NCBI GenBank assembly: GCA_013239625.1
Contig: MU056000.1
Span: forward strand, 14,784,851-14,848,850
Direction: 5' to 3'
Length of the DNA: 64,000 nucleotides
Source of the DNA: Lama guanicoe
Taxonomy: Eukaryota
Below, one piece after another: positions 26,986 to 38,483 of the stretch (its first letter is position 1; each line of letters starts with the position of its first letter). A program made the position numbers and the translations under genes. The notes under the pieces were generated by a model. That model was not told where the DNA came from. It did no database searches and worked only from the letters and a program-made list of their open reading frames with translations.

Positions 26986-29164
26986 ACGTGCAATGTCAGA
27001 TTCACAGTAAGTTTTCTCAATAATGACTTTTTTAAGTATTCCATTTTCTACAAGAAGAAAGTCATAAAACTTAGTAATTATTTAATTATGGTTAGGAAAA
27101 CTGGGTATGAGTTTTACCATGGTAGCTGTACAATATGTAAGTAGTGGCAGTTGTTAAATAGGAAGCTCACCAGCAGCCACTGGGAAGGTGCATACCTCTG
27201 CCATGAGCAATTTCAGTGAATTCCTAAGAGTGTATTTCATATGGAAAATATGTCAAAAAGCCTGCTCCTGGGCATTAAATAAGTATCTATGGTTAACTAA
27301 ATTCACTCTCCAATAGTCACAGACATTATGTACTAATACAGCCAAAGTTTAAAGTTTAGATTTAAACAAGACAACAGTAGGATTATAGCACAAAGAGGTT
27401 TGAAAAGGGAGCAAAAAACTGGGACGTGATTCTAAACTTCTAAAATCATGACTATGTGTAAATCATTCAGCTGCCTTATCCAGAGCTGACCCATAGAATA
27501 AGTTTCCCAGGCTAGAGATGTTACCATTTCACTCAAACAACTAGGGAAAAAATAGTGTAAAAAAGTAATTCAGATGAAGAAGTTATCTCATATTTCTTTT
27601 GTTCCTTCTCAATTTTTCTTCGTCAACTTTTATTAGCTGTTTTGCTTTTATTTTTTTATTTATTATCAAATATTTTCTTATATAACATATAATTTACAGT
27701 AGTATCTATATGTGAAAATGTATATTATGTTGATATTAGTATTCAGAATCCAATTAGTTCTAACTGTATAAATAAAGTATTTACATTTCTGTAAGTCTTT
27801 AACATTTCTCAGTAGACTTCTTTCACAATATAATTACATATGGGATGAGAGAGTGATTAACTGAACATATGGTATTACATGTGTGATTGCATTAATTGCC
27901 CTTTTCTCTGCATTTGAGAGTACAGAGTGATTAAAAGATTGATCATAATATAAATACTAAAACTTATTCTTTGGATTTATTATGAAAGACTATTATAATC
28001 ATGTAAGATTTAGAGAAATCAAAGTTTTTATAGTATAATAAAGCCATCACAATAAGCAGATGGAGAGCCAAGATAACGTTATGCAAGAATTCAAATGCTA
28101 TAGAAATTAAACGTTTTTTTTTTTGCAATACCAAAGGTGAAGAGTAGCTTGTATCTTTTAGGATTTATTATCAAATATTTAACAGTAATTTAATATTACT
28201 GTAGGTCTACTCCTCCCTTATTTTATCTCTTCCTAATGGTCATTTAGGAACCATATTTGTTATTATGATTTAATATTTTAGCCTACTATGCCATATTAAT
28301 CTAAAAAGACAGAATCAGGACTTATAACTTCCTTAATAATTTGATGATTAAATGAAAATCTACCACTTTCTTATATTTAGTCGACTTTTGAGAGAATTTT
28401 TTTTAATCCTCCGATAAATAATTCAGAATCCCTCTCTCCCTTTTCCAATCCAGGCACAGTGATGAAGTTACTGCTTTGCTGACATGTTACTTTGAACTAA
28501 CTTTTCTACTGGGAAATTCTCTTGTCAACAGAGTTCTTAATAGGATTTGTATTAAGCCTTCCATGGATACTGAGATATTAAAATAATGTCTCAGTAAATA
28601 GGTGCACTCTGTGTAGTTAAAATCAAATGCTGCTATAAATATGCCCAGCTTTATAATCCAATTTGCTATTCACTTTGGAACTAATACGATGGCCAAAAGG
28701 TACTTGGCAATATGGTTTGGGATTAGGATTACTTGTAGGTTATTTATTCTCCAGAAGTAGTGTAATATCTGTTGATAGATTGTATAATTTCTTGCAAACT
28801 CCCCCAATCAAAAAAGATTTGCTTTACATTCTGATTTCTGTTGCCTTTTACTGTGTATATGCAGAATCAGTCTTGTGTTATTAAAGAGCCAATTATAAAA
28901 CCAAATCATACTTTGTTTTTATTTTCTTTTTTAGTCACTATCTTGATGATTATAGCTAAGGCTTATTTCGTAATTTTAAAGAAATGTTCTAATTTTAAGT
29001 TTGTAAACAATTTCAATTATTCTCATGATATCTGTATTAGGTAGATAAAAGCAGTTACTAATAGCTATAAAGGATAACCAGGAAATATATGGTCATAAAA
29101 ATGTGCTAGATGACATGCAATTACAGAATATCTGTTTAAATTGATAAGCATTGTTTTGTCCACC

Positions 29165-29322
29165 ATGCAAGTGCTTCTCAACTGCCAATCAGCATAACCT
29201 GGCAAGATTTTTTTAAAATACAGATACTGGATTTATACCCAGAGATGATTTCCTCTCTCCTTCTCTCTCTCTCTCACTACCCAGATGATACAAATGTGCA
29301 GCCAAAGTTAAAAACTACTGAT
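29165..29322. mobile_element. MER5A-like hAT-Charlie MITE, internally deleted
   Basis: TIR-like ends caagtgcttctcaa and ttaaaaactactg. Internal aaaatacagatactgg and ccagatgatacaaatgtgcagccaaag. Confidence 0.55.
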
Positions 29323-32300
29323 TTAGTTGAGAATGCACCAAATGGAGACATGGAGTGTATTATCACTGGCTAAAAAATGCCAGTGGTTGGCTGATTTGAT
29401 TGAAAACTAGTTCCCAGCATTTTAACAGATTTTCCTCTCACGTTCTAAGTTAACATTTTGAGACAAGGATAAAGAGGGAGCATTTAATTAATCCAATTAA
29501 AGGCAAGAGGAATGAATGAGTATTGCCCATTTGGCCATGCTCTTCATGGAAGGAGGAATGATGCCTAATTTAAAACCTTTAGAAGTATTTTGAGTGATGG
29601 AATAAATGAATAAACAAATACTTGTTTTCATTTATCCCAGCTTCAATATGTTGTGATTAATTAGAAAAATAAAAAATCTTGTTGTGCTTTCTATTTCTGA
29701 AAATATGTTTAAAAGTGACAGTAATTAGCAAATTCCAATTTCATGATTACTTTTTCACAATAAATGAAGAATTTCATAATTCTGTTATTATGGCAGAACT
29801 CTGTAAGTAAATAGACAACTATTACCATGAGTATTTTACATACCTTGCATTTCTAATAACAAATTACATTGTCATAATTCAATAAAAATAAAAATAACTA
29901 ATTTCATAGCTCAGATGTGCAACTGAACTTACAATATCTTGAACCTATTAAGTGTGTATATTTCTATGGTATACTTCCTTATCAGAAATTTCATAAATAA
30001 CAGTAGAAATTATACAAAGTAAAGGATTTGTAGAAAGCATTTAATCCTTGAACTAAGATAACTGATTTCTAATATTTTGTTGTAAATGATGAGTTGGATT
30101 GTATGTATTCCATAAACTCTCTAGACTTCAATTGCCTATATGGCTATGTTTGTAGGGAGTTACAAATCATGAAATAAAACAAAAAGTTGATTGAAAAATT
30201 GAAAAAAAACCCAGCAACTAAGTTTGTGAGCCCAAGAATCTTTTTGGAAATTCCAGTCAGGAAACTTTGTGACAGACAGAATAGGAGATGCATTTTCAAG
30301 GCTTGGATTGTTGGGGCAGATGGTGAGAGAGGATTTCAAACGCATTTAGAAAGTGGGGAAATTGAAGAACTGAGATACGTTTGGGTTAACCTTTGTGAAT
30401 TTAGTAGGGGTCGACTAGCTAAATTTGTTTTATTTCTTGGAAATTCCTAAGGGAGCAACAAATGGCTTTCTCATTTTCTCATCCCTCAAAAGTAAGAGTT
30501 TAAATAAAAATATATGGATGAGGCAGCACTTTAGTGTGAGTTTAATGTTTATTCATTTTCCTAGTAAATATGTTGTGTCACCTCTATGCTATAGTCTGGC
30601 AAGGGAATTAAATGCCTAGGGCTCTATTAAGCACTTGAGAGAGGGGCATATTATTACTAAAAGGGAAAGTGAATCTAAATCAATGTCTGGCCACCAAGAC
30701 GCCACACCTCCAGCAACATTCACATCTAGAACTCTGTGGGTTTTGAGAAATGTGGCAGGACATGGTGAAAGGATTGTGGTTAGCTTGTCACCTTCTCCCT
30801 AACAACCACCACCACCATTATCACTGCAAGGACAACACAGAGACAACCATGCAGAGCACACAAATCCCTAACAGCCAGATATTTGTGAAGCATTGGTCTC
30901 TGCCTGGGGGCAGGAGCCTTTCCTGGAGCCTGTCACATACACTGCCCCAGGGTTCCTATCAGCTTGTTAAGACCAAGGTCCTTGCTTGGCAAAACAGAGA
31001 TCACTTTTGTATTATCAGAAGTTAAGCTTTTTAAGAGATACCATTATATATAATGCATTTAAAAAAAAAAAACCTATGAACTACTCAGGAAGTACTTACA
31101 TAATTGAAAAGATCCGAAATTAGTCGTCTATGTAGCCAACAAAAGAACATTTCCTGTGACTATTATCTCCAGGAAAACACAGAAATCTACAGGAAAATTC
31201 CTGTTCCAAGAAATTCAAGACCACCCTGTAAAATTTTCATTGCTGCTTATTATGTAGCTGGAAGTGGGAGACAGCATTAGTGGGACTTACATTTTAGCTC
31301 TCTCCCAAAAGCACAAGTGGCCAATCTTTAATAAGTACCTTTTGCTTAGTTCTATACTTTCTTGATCTATTCTATATGATCATTTATCCTTAGAATTTAC
31401 TTTAGCTTTCAAAACGGCTACTTTTGACTCATACCAAACATATAATTGGCAGAGTGGAGATTGCAAAATTAAAGGTGTGCAAAGATCTTTCCATAACATA
31501 AATCTAAGAAATGTAAAATAATTATAGCACTGTACAGGTGTTATTTTACTTTGCATAGAAACTTAATTTTCGGGCTGAAAGCAATTTCATGGTAGCGCAT
31601 CTCTTGGATCTTTCTTTTGATGACTAAATACAGGCACTACAGGAGCCGTGTCCCATGCAGCGTCTGGCTGTACGGAAGGGTCCTTGTCAGACAAGCTCAG
31701 GCCATCAAATGTTAATACGGGTTTGGGGAGACTCTTCAGTGACATCTCCAAGGAGTTTGCACTGGCTCTTTGGATTAGAACCCTCAATTTTTCACTAATT
31801 CAGTAAAGAGGTGATGGTTTATTTCTCATCTGAAAACCATCTTCTTCAAAATTATAATCTGTAAAATGAATTGCTGTTCATCTCCACAATGGGAGTATGG
31901 GCTTGACTTGACTCTAACTTGCCAGATCCCACAGACGTTCTTCTGTCTCCTATTCCTTCTTTCCCATGAGCCTCTTGCATTTCTTACTAGCGGAAAGTGA
32001 AAAACCATGAGAGCCTTATGTGGAGTGCAGGTGTGAACCGCAATATGGGTTCTAGATCTGAGTCATCTTTTTTTCTGTTAACAACCCAAAAGGTGGAACC
32101 ATAAATTCCCTGAGCCTTTTCTCTGATTTTACTTTATAAAGAAAATATGGTTTCCTTCCAATGACCAGTTGAAGTATGACATATCACAACGTCTAAATCC
32201 TATAAGAGGATTGGATTATCCATGTTTCATCCTGGAACCACACTGCTGACGTAAGATTTTTCCGATCTCTTTCTATTATGCTGTCCTCCCACCCCCTTTA

Positions 32301-32334
32301 AATAGACAACAGGATATTTATTGCTAGTTTAGGA

Positions 32335-32787
32335 GCATAATAGGCATCCTTCAAAAATTTATATATTGAATTCCTAATACTCAGTATCCCAGAATGTGAC
32401 ATCATTTTGAGATAGGGTCTCTGTAGAGATAATTTAGTAAAATGAGGTCATTAAGGCAGGCTCCAAAACAATGTAACTGGTAACCTGAAAATGGGGAGAA
32501 ATTTGGAGACAAGACATGCACAAAGTGAGAACACAATGTGAAGATGAAAGCAGAGATTATGGCAATGCTTCTGCAAGCCAAGCAACACTAAAGATTGCCA
32601 GCAAGCTGTGAGAGCTAGGAGAGAGAGATGAACAAAGTTCTTCCTCACAGACTTCAGAAGGAAGCAACCCTGCTGACATCTTAATCTCATACTTCTTGCC
32701 TCCAGAACAGTGGGACAATACATTTCTGTTGTTTAAGCCACTCATTTTGTGGTACTTTGTTATGGCAGTCCTAGAAAACGAATGTAC
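32335..32787 (+). mobile_element. MaLR solo LTR (MLT1B/C-like)
   Basis: cagaatgtgacatcattttgagatagggtct...gaaggaagcaaccctgctgacatctt...gttgtttaagccac...ttgttatggcagtcctagaaaacgaat. Confidence 0.85.
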
Positions 32788-34603
32788 TTGGTGATCTAAC
32801 ACCTTTATGCTCCTTCATCATTAAGTCAAAAGTGGAGATTTATGGAGATCAGGTATGTGTTACTGATTGTATTATATTTATTTGTTTCCATTTTTCTCTT
32901 TGGGGTACATTCTTCCGAAATATTATTAGAGTTCTACAAATTTTCAATGTGTGAAATTCCTTAAATCTCTTTAAATATATATTATGCACATATATATATA
33001 TATATGTATAAAACTATAATCCTTCCAGTGTGAAGCACTTCTACTAATAGCCAGATTATTTCAAGAGCTAATTTTTGACTTATATATATATCCAAGTGAG
33101 AAATTTATCATTAAAGCAGTTTTTTTTTTCTTTTCATCTCTCTCTTTTTTTTTTTTAACCACTCACATGGAAAATTTCTAATCCCCATAGGGAATTACTG
33201 AGAACATCAAATAAAATTGTCCATCATAACATGTATTTGATAAGATCTGACCAACAAACATTAAAATCTATATATACCATCTCTAATGGTCTGATATATT
33301 TCTCACCTGAGTATCTCTCAATAATTAATTATCTTTAACAAGTTTCTTCTTAATGTGTTGGTTGAGTTAATATATTTAGAATTAACAATTACACATTCTT
33401 GAATAAGAAGCATATTACCCTAATATTTTTAAATCTTCCTTGCCTCTCTAAAGGCTCTCTCTCTAGTCCTCATGATTACCTTCAGGACAATGGGACAGTA
33501 TTATCAAATGCTTTCACAACTGGCTCAGACTTGAAGCACCCTAATGTTCCAAATATTCATGAACTACAGATCCACTCTGCCAGTCCCAGAATGAAGATTC
33601 TACTTCTTCCTTCTACAAAAACACTTTTGTTCCTTCTTCCATTTCAGACACCTCTGTGTCCTCCAAATAAACTTTCTTCAAATCCTCAGCTCTCATCTAG
33701 GTTACAGCAATTGGCTCACAGTTTCTTTGAGTGTAGCTTCCAAGAGGATATTGTGCCCTCAGTTCTTTGCTGAGGACGTGCTGGTGAATAAAGAGGAAAA
33801 CCAAATGGCAAGGTGTCAGTTCTTCTGTGTTACTCTACACCCAGTAATGATGCTGACATTTTATTTCACTAGATTTATGTCTCAGCTTTGTTCTGTGGCA
33901 CCCATTTCAGCTCTTGTAAGCACCACTGTGATTTGGTTATTTTTGACCACAAATCAAAGGATACTTCAGATAAACATATAATTTTTATGCATTTATAATA
34001 ACCCAGCTCAACAAAATCTAATATATAAATTGGCTATCAGAGCTTGTTAATTCCTTTTAATTTTAGGTGCTTCAGATCTCTCAGACAACACTGCAAAAAC
34101 TAGGATATTAGGTAAGTTTATTGTATTATTTAATTTAATGCAACTACATCTATCATTTCTCTTCTAAGGAGGTGTAGGTTTCAGTGGATGCCATTTGTCA
34201 AGTTAAAAATATTTTCTTCTATTTCTTGCAATCTAGGAATTTTTACCTCAAAATCCACATGGAATTTTATCAAAAGTTTTCTACATCAAGTGAATTGAGC
34301 TTTTCTTTTAATTAGTTGAAGCGGTAAAGTACATTATTTCCTGGGCTGTCTAGGAAGATCTCAAGAGTAATTTAAGGGTTCTACTAATTTGAGAGTGAAG
34401 GAAAGATTTATATAATGTTGTAATTTTTGATGAAGTATCCTCTAAAGTACCTCAAGGAGGGCAAGTGAAATTCTTAAACTGACTTTTGATTATTTTTTTT
34501 TATTTTCTAGAATGTTTCCCTTTGACTATATCCCAGGGCTCCAAAATGTACCATGCTTACATAGAAAAATAAGCCCATTAATGTATGTGAAAGTACAAAT
34601 AAA

Positions 34604-34735
34604 TACACATATATGTGCATGCACATACATATGTATAGATACACATTTTCATATATATGTATATGTTCTTATGTACATAGTATACATACAAATATGCATA
34701 GTGTATATGCACATAAATATTTATATGAATACAAT
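34604..34735. repeat. Degenerate (TA/CA/TG) alternating purine-pyrimidine low-complexity tract
   Basis: acacatatatgtgcatgcacatacatatgtatagatacac... Confidence 0.8.
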
Positions 34736-34799
34736 ATGTCTAAAATGTATCATCTAGGAATCACCTTCATGCAAATACTTCTGAAAAAAAATTTTGTTC

Positions 34800-35030
34800 T
34801 ACTTAGAAGCATAGATTTAGAATTTGACAGCTCTTGATACTGGATTTGTTAATTACTAGTTATATAATCTTGGGCAAATAATTTAATTTTCTCAATCCCT
34901 TTTGCCACATCTACAATTTGGGAGAACTAAATCTATAGCACATATTTGTTCTGATGTTTACATACAGTATTTGTAGAGTGACTGGCACAGGACCTTATAC
35001 ACAGCAAGTGCTAAAAACGCTGTTATTAGT
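34800..35030 (+). mobile_element. MIR SINE
   Basis: ttactagttatataatcttgggcaaataatttaattttctc...agagtgactggcacag...caagtgctaaaaacgctgttatta. Confidence 0.55.
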
Positions 35031-35580
35031 TTCTTTGAAAAATTATATATTGTGCATATTTAAAATAAAAACACTCTATGAAGTAAGACCAAATTGACTA
35101 GAACACCTCAAAGACTGGGTTGTGTAGATATTTTTCTCAGTTTTGACTTTGGTAGTTTTATTTACTTATTTACTTGTTTAACATGTATAAAATTTTATAT
35201 AAAGGGAAAATTAAAATCATCCTTGTCAGCACTGTAGAAGTTGAGTGAGAAATTAACTGTCATGTCTAAAGCATCACTTTGAACTCTAGGGTGCCAATTA
35301 AATTTTAAACTGTTTAAAAAGCAAGTATGTAAACCTTTCTAGGTTTCAAGTTTCTATCAAACCTACAGGAGAAAGTTCTGGTATAACTACTCATTCAGAT
35401 TTTAAAGCGCACGAGTCCATGATAATGGAATTAATTTTTCTTTAATTTAGAGAGTAATTCTGAAAGAGAAGTAATAAAATGACTGGGCTTAGGCTAATTC
35501 CTCACCTTACACTTGCCGTTTGCTTTTAAAATGCTCAGCAAATCTGACTAACCAGACATTGTCCCCAGCCCCAAGACAAT

Positions 35581-36085
35581 TGTTACAATTAGAGTTAGAG
35601 CTAGAGTTGGAGTTATTAATTTTCCTTTTTGTTTTACCTCACTCTGGCAACTGAAATTGACAATCATGTTTGGATTCTGAGTCATTCCCCTAGAACGGGA
35701 GTCATGGGACAACCACCTCAGGAGAGTGACCAGATCTTCCGAAGTCCCTCCTGGCACCTAATGAGTCTGATTAGATAAAGAAGGTCACAGGCTGATGACC
35801 CTCCAGACCACTGGATGGTCCCATGATGCTGGACAGACTTGCCAAAATTCAGGAGGAAGTTCACCAGAGATTCTTGTTGACTGATACCCCCTTTCACTCT
35901 CCAGTTTGTTCACTATATAATCACGAAGCCCCAACCCTAAGATGGGCTCACAGTTTTGAAGGCACAAGCCTGCTGTGAGACCCCTTTGCCCGGTAAAGCA
36001 ATAAAATGGCCTCTTTTCTTCTAAGCTCCAAGACTTTGTTTCTGGGTTATTTGGCTCATCAGGGATGGGGGCCAATTTTTTGGCA
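35581..36085 (+). mobile_element. Intact ERV solo LTR, about 505 bp
   Basis: TG...CA ends flanked by ACAAT on both sides (35576-35580, 36086-36090). TATATAA at 35914-35920 and AATAAA at 36000-36005, in U3-R-U5 order. Confidence 0.85.
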
Positions 36086-36211
36086 ACAATTCTTTTATTT
36101 ATCCTCATATATCATCATCTGTATGTAGGGGAGCAAGGTACCAGCTGAATAGTGTTAACACCAGTATAATCGTTACTTCACAACAGATTTGCAATTCAAA
36201 ATCTATTAGTC

Positions 36212-36621
36212 ATTGTGTGCTAATTTGCTAAGCTTTCCACAACAAAGTACCATGGTCTAGGAGGCTTAACCTGCAGAATTTTTTAATTCTTACAGTCTGG
36301 AGGATAGAAGTCTGAGACGGAAGTGTCAGCAGGGCTGGATTCTCCCAGGCCTCCCTCTCTCCGTGCTTGCAGACGGCTGTCTCCTCCTTGCTGTGTCTTC
36401 ACACAGCTGTCTCAGTGTGCGCACGTCTGGTGTCTCTCTCTGGGTCCTAGCCTCTTCTTTTTCGTAACACCACCAAACACATTAGATTAGGGCCTACTTT
36501 AATGACCCCATTTTAACTTATTTACCTCTTTAAAGACTCCAAATATGGTCACATTCTATGGTACTGGAAGTCAAGGCTTCAACATATAAATTTGATGAGG
36601 ATACAAATCAGCCCATAACAC
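36212..36621 (-). mobile_element. MaLR solo LTR (MLT1A/B-like)
   Basis: aacaaagtacc...tctggaggatagaagtctgagac...gattagggcctactttaatgacc...ggcttcaacatataaattt...cagcccataaca. Confidence 0.85.
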
Positions 36622-37097
36622 ATTATTTCTGTTTCTACCAAGGAAAGCATCAATTCAACTTGGGAGTCCTAATTTATTTTATGGAAAATCAGCAGAATGG
36701 TAGGGTATGCATACAAATGTAAATTCACCTATTCTAGTATGCGAGCCTTGGTGGGCACCTATACATAGGCATATATGAAAACAAAAACGATAAGGCCACC
36801 ATATGCTTTTGTGTAGTTTTAAGAGGACTGTCTTTCAAAGAGTTAGAACATAGTTTCATTGTTTTAATATGGAGTTAGACTAGACTTCTGGTGGCCCACA
36901 TATAGTGCTACTTAGGATGAATTATTTCAGACTATGTTCAGTGCTATGATGTTGTCTCCCAGATGTGGAGGTCTGGTGACCCCCAGCAGACAGGAGAGAG
37001 GGTGTGACACAGAAATAAATGAATATTTGTGCTGTCACCCACATTTAGAGTAATGAACAACCTTTGAATTTGAGAGAAGCAAGTACTTTCCCTTATT

Positions 37098-37403
37098 TAT
37101 TTTTTAAAGAGTTTATTGAGGTATAACTGACATAAAAGAAAAAGTGAACATAATGTATACAATTTGATAAGTTTGGAGATATGTGTACTCTTGCGAAGCC
37201 ATCACTCCAAGAACAGTGATAAACAAGATCATCCTTTTAAGCATAAGGGCACACATAGGCTGAAACTGAAGGGATGGATAAAAATATTCCGTGCAAATGG
37301 TAAACAAGAAACTAGGGGTAACTATGTTTATATAAGAAAAAATAAACTTTAAGTCAAAAGCTGTCACTAGTGACACAGGTCCTTATGTAATAATTAAAGG
37401 ATC
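37098..37403 (-). mobile_element. L1 insertion with 5' inversion (minus-strand 3' end joined to plus-strand ORF2 endonuclease piece)
   Basis: 37098-37232 is an antisense L1 3' terminus. 37233-37403 encodes FKHKGTHRLKLKGWIKIFRANGKQ (L1 EN domain) on the plus strand. Degenerate TSD tcccttatt / tccctcatt. Confidence 0.78.
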
Positions 37404-38417
37404 TCCCTCATTATTGAAGCTTTGGGAGTTAGGACACAGATATTAAGAATCTGATGAATAGAGGACTCAGAGTTAAGTTAAAACCAAAAAAAAAAAAATT
37501 GATGGATTGATGGAATGTGATTGAGCAGACCCTGAACATATAAAAACTGCCAAGGATTTTGATATTTGTTCAATCTTTAGGCCCTGAGAGTAATCACTTT
37601 CGTTACCAGGGGAAGTCACTTTTTGTATTCTACTTTGCTTATATCTTATGTCTCCAGAAAAGTTTTGTGAAAAGTTTTTTTAAAAATTGCAGTCAAGTAT
37701 AGACTAAGTTCTGATCAGTGACAGAAGTGGCTTGTGTTCAATTTTGGTGAAAATTTTGCACGGGGAAGAGCAACACAGTCTGCGAATCCATGGAAATCTG
37801 TGTTGACCCCAATGTGTTAAAGCAGCGATCAAATAAAACTTTCTGGCAGAGGAAACACACACACACCTGTATAGACATTGTGACTGTGCAGATACCACGC
37901 AGGAATTCTCAGAAATGCCTTGCTGAAGAGATCTGGTTTAAAAAAATGCTAATTGATTATTAGGGCTCATATTTATTATAATTTAGATACTACAGTAAAT
38001 ATGTATATACAGCACAGAGATTTGCAGGTATATCAATACCAGAAAAGCAACTCCTGAACTGTACCCTGTAACAGCTCTTTTACAAATGGTTTTACTACAA
38101 TGATCAAAAAAATATTTCTTTTTAGATATACTTTTAATGTTTCCCTAATGAAGATAAGGGGAAAAGAAAAGAGGAAAGAATCTAGCACATATAATTTTAC
38201 GTATGTAATCTACTGGCTGAGCACATTTATGTATGTATGTCTACCAGATCTTTCTCTCTGTGTCTCCCTGTCTTCCTCTCTTTGAATCTGTCAACACAGA
38301 ACATTTAATTTTATGACTGTATCTTATTTTTATCATCATGCTCTAACAGTAACTGTACTGTTGCATACCCAATCCAGTTCCTAATCTACCTCTAAGATCA
38401 GACTCTTCTCCCGTCAT

Positions 38418-38428
38418 AAAATATATAT

Positions 38429-38480
<52 letters not shown>
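38418..38480. repeat. Compound (TA)n(GA)n microsatellite
   Basis: Direct read. Confidence 0.95.

Positions 38481-38483
<3 letters not shown>

Noticed and set aside
29364..29385. cactggc...gccagtg 7-bp hairpin
   Set aside because: Stems this short are expected by chance in 64 kb, and the spacing does not fit an NFI site.
33399..33981. Two consecutive plus-strand ORFs (124 and 84 aa)
   Set aside because: Non-ATG starts, no recognisable protein, and partly pyrimidine-rich sequence that may be a decayed L2.
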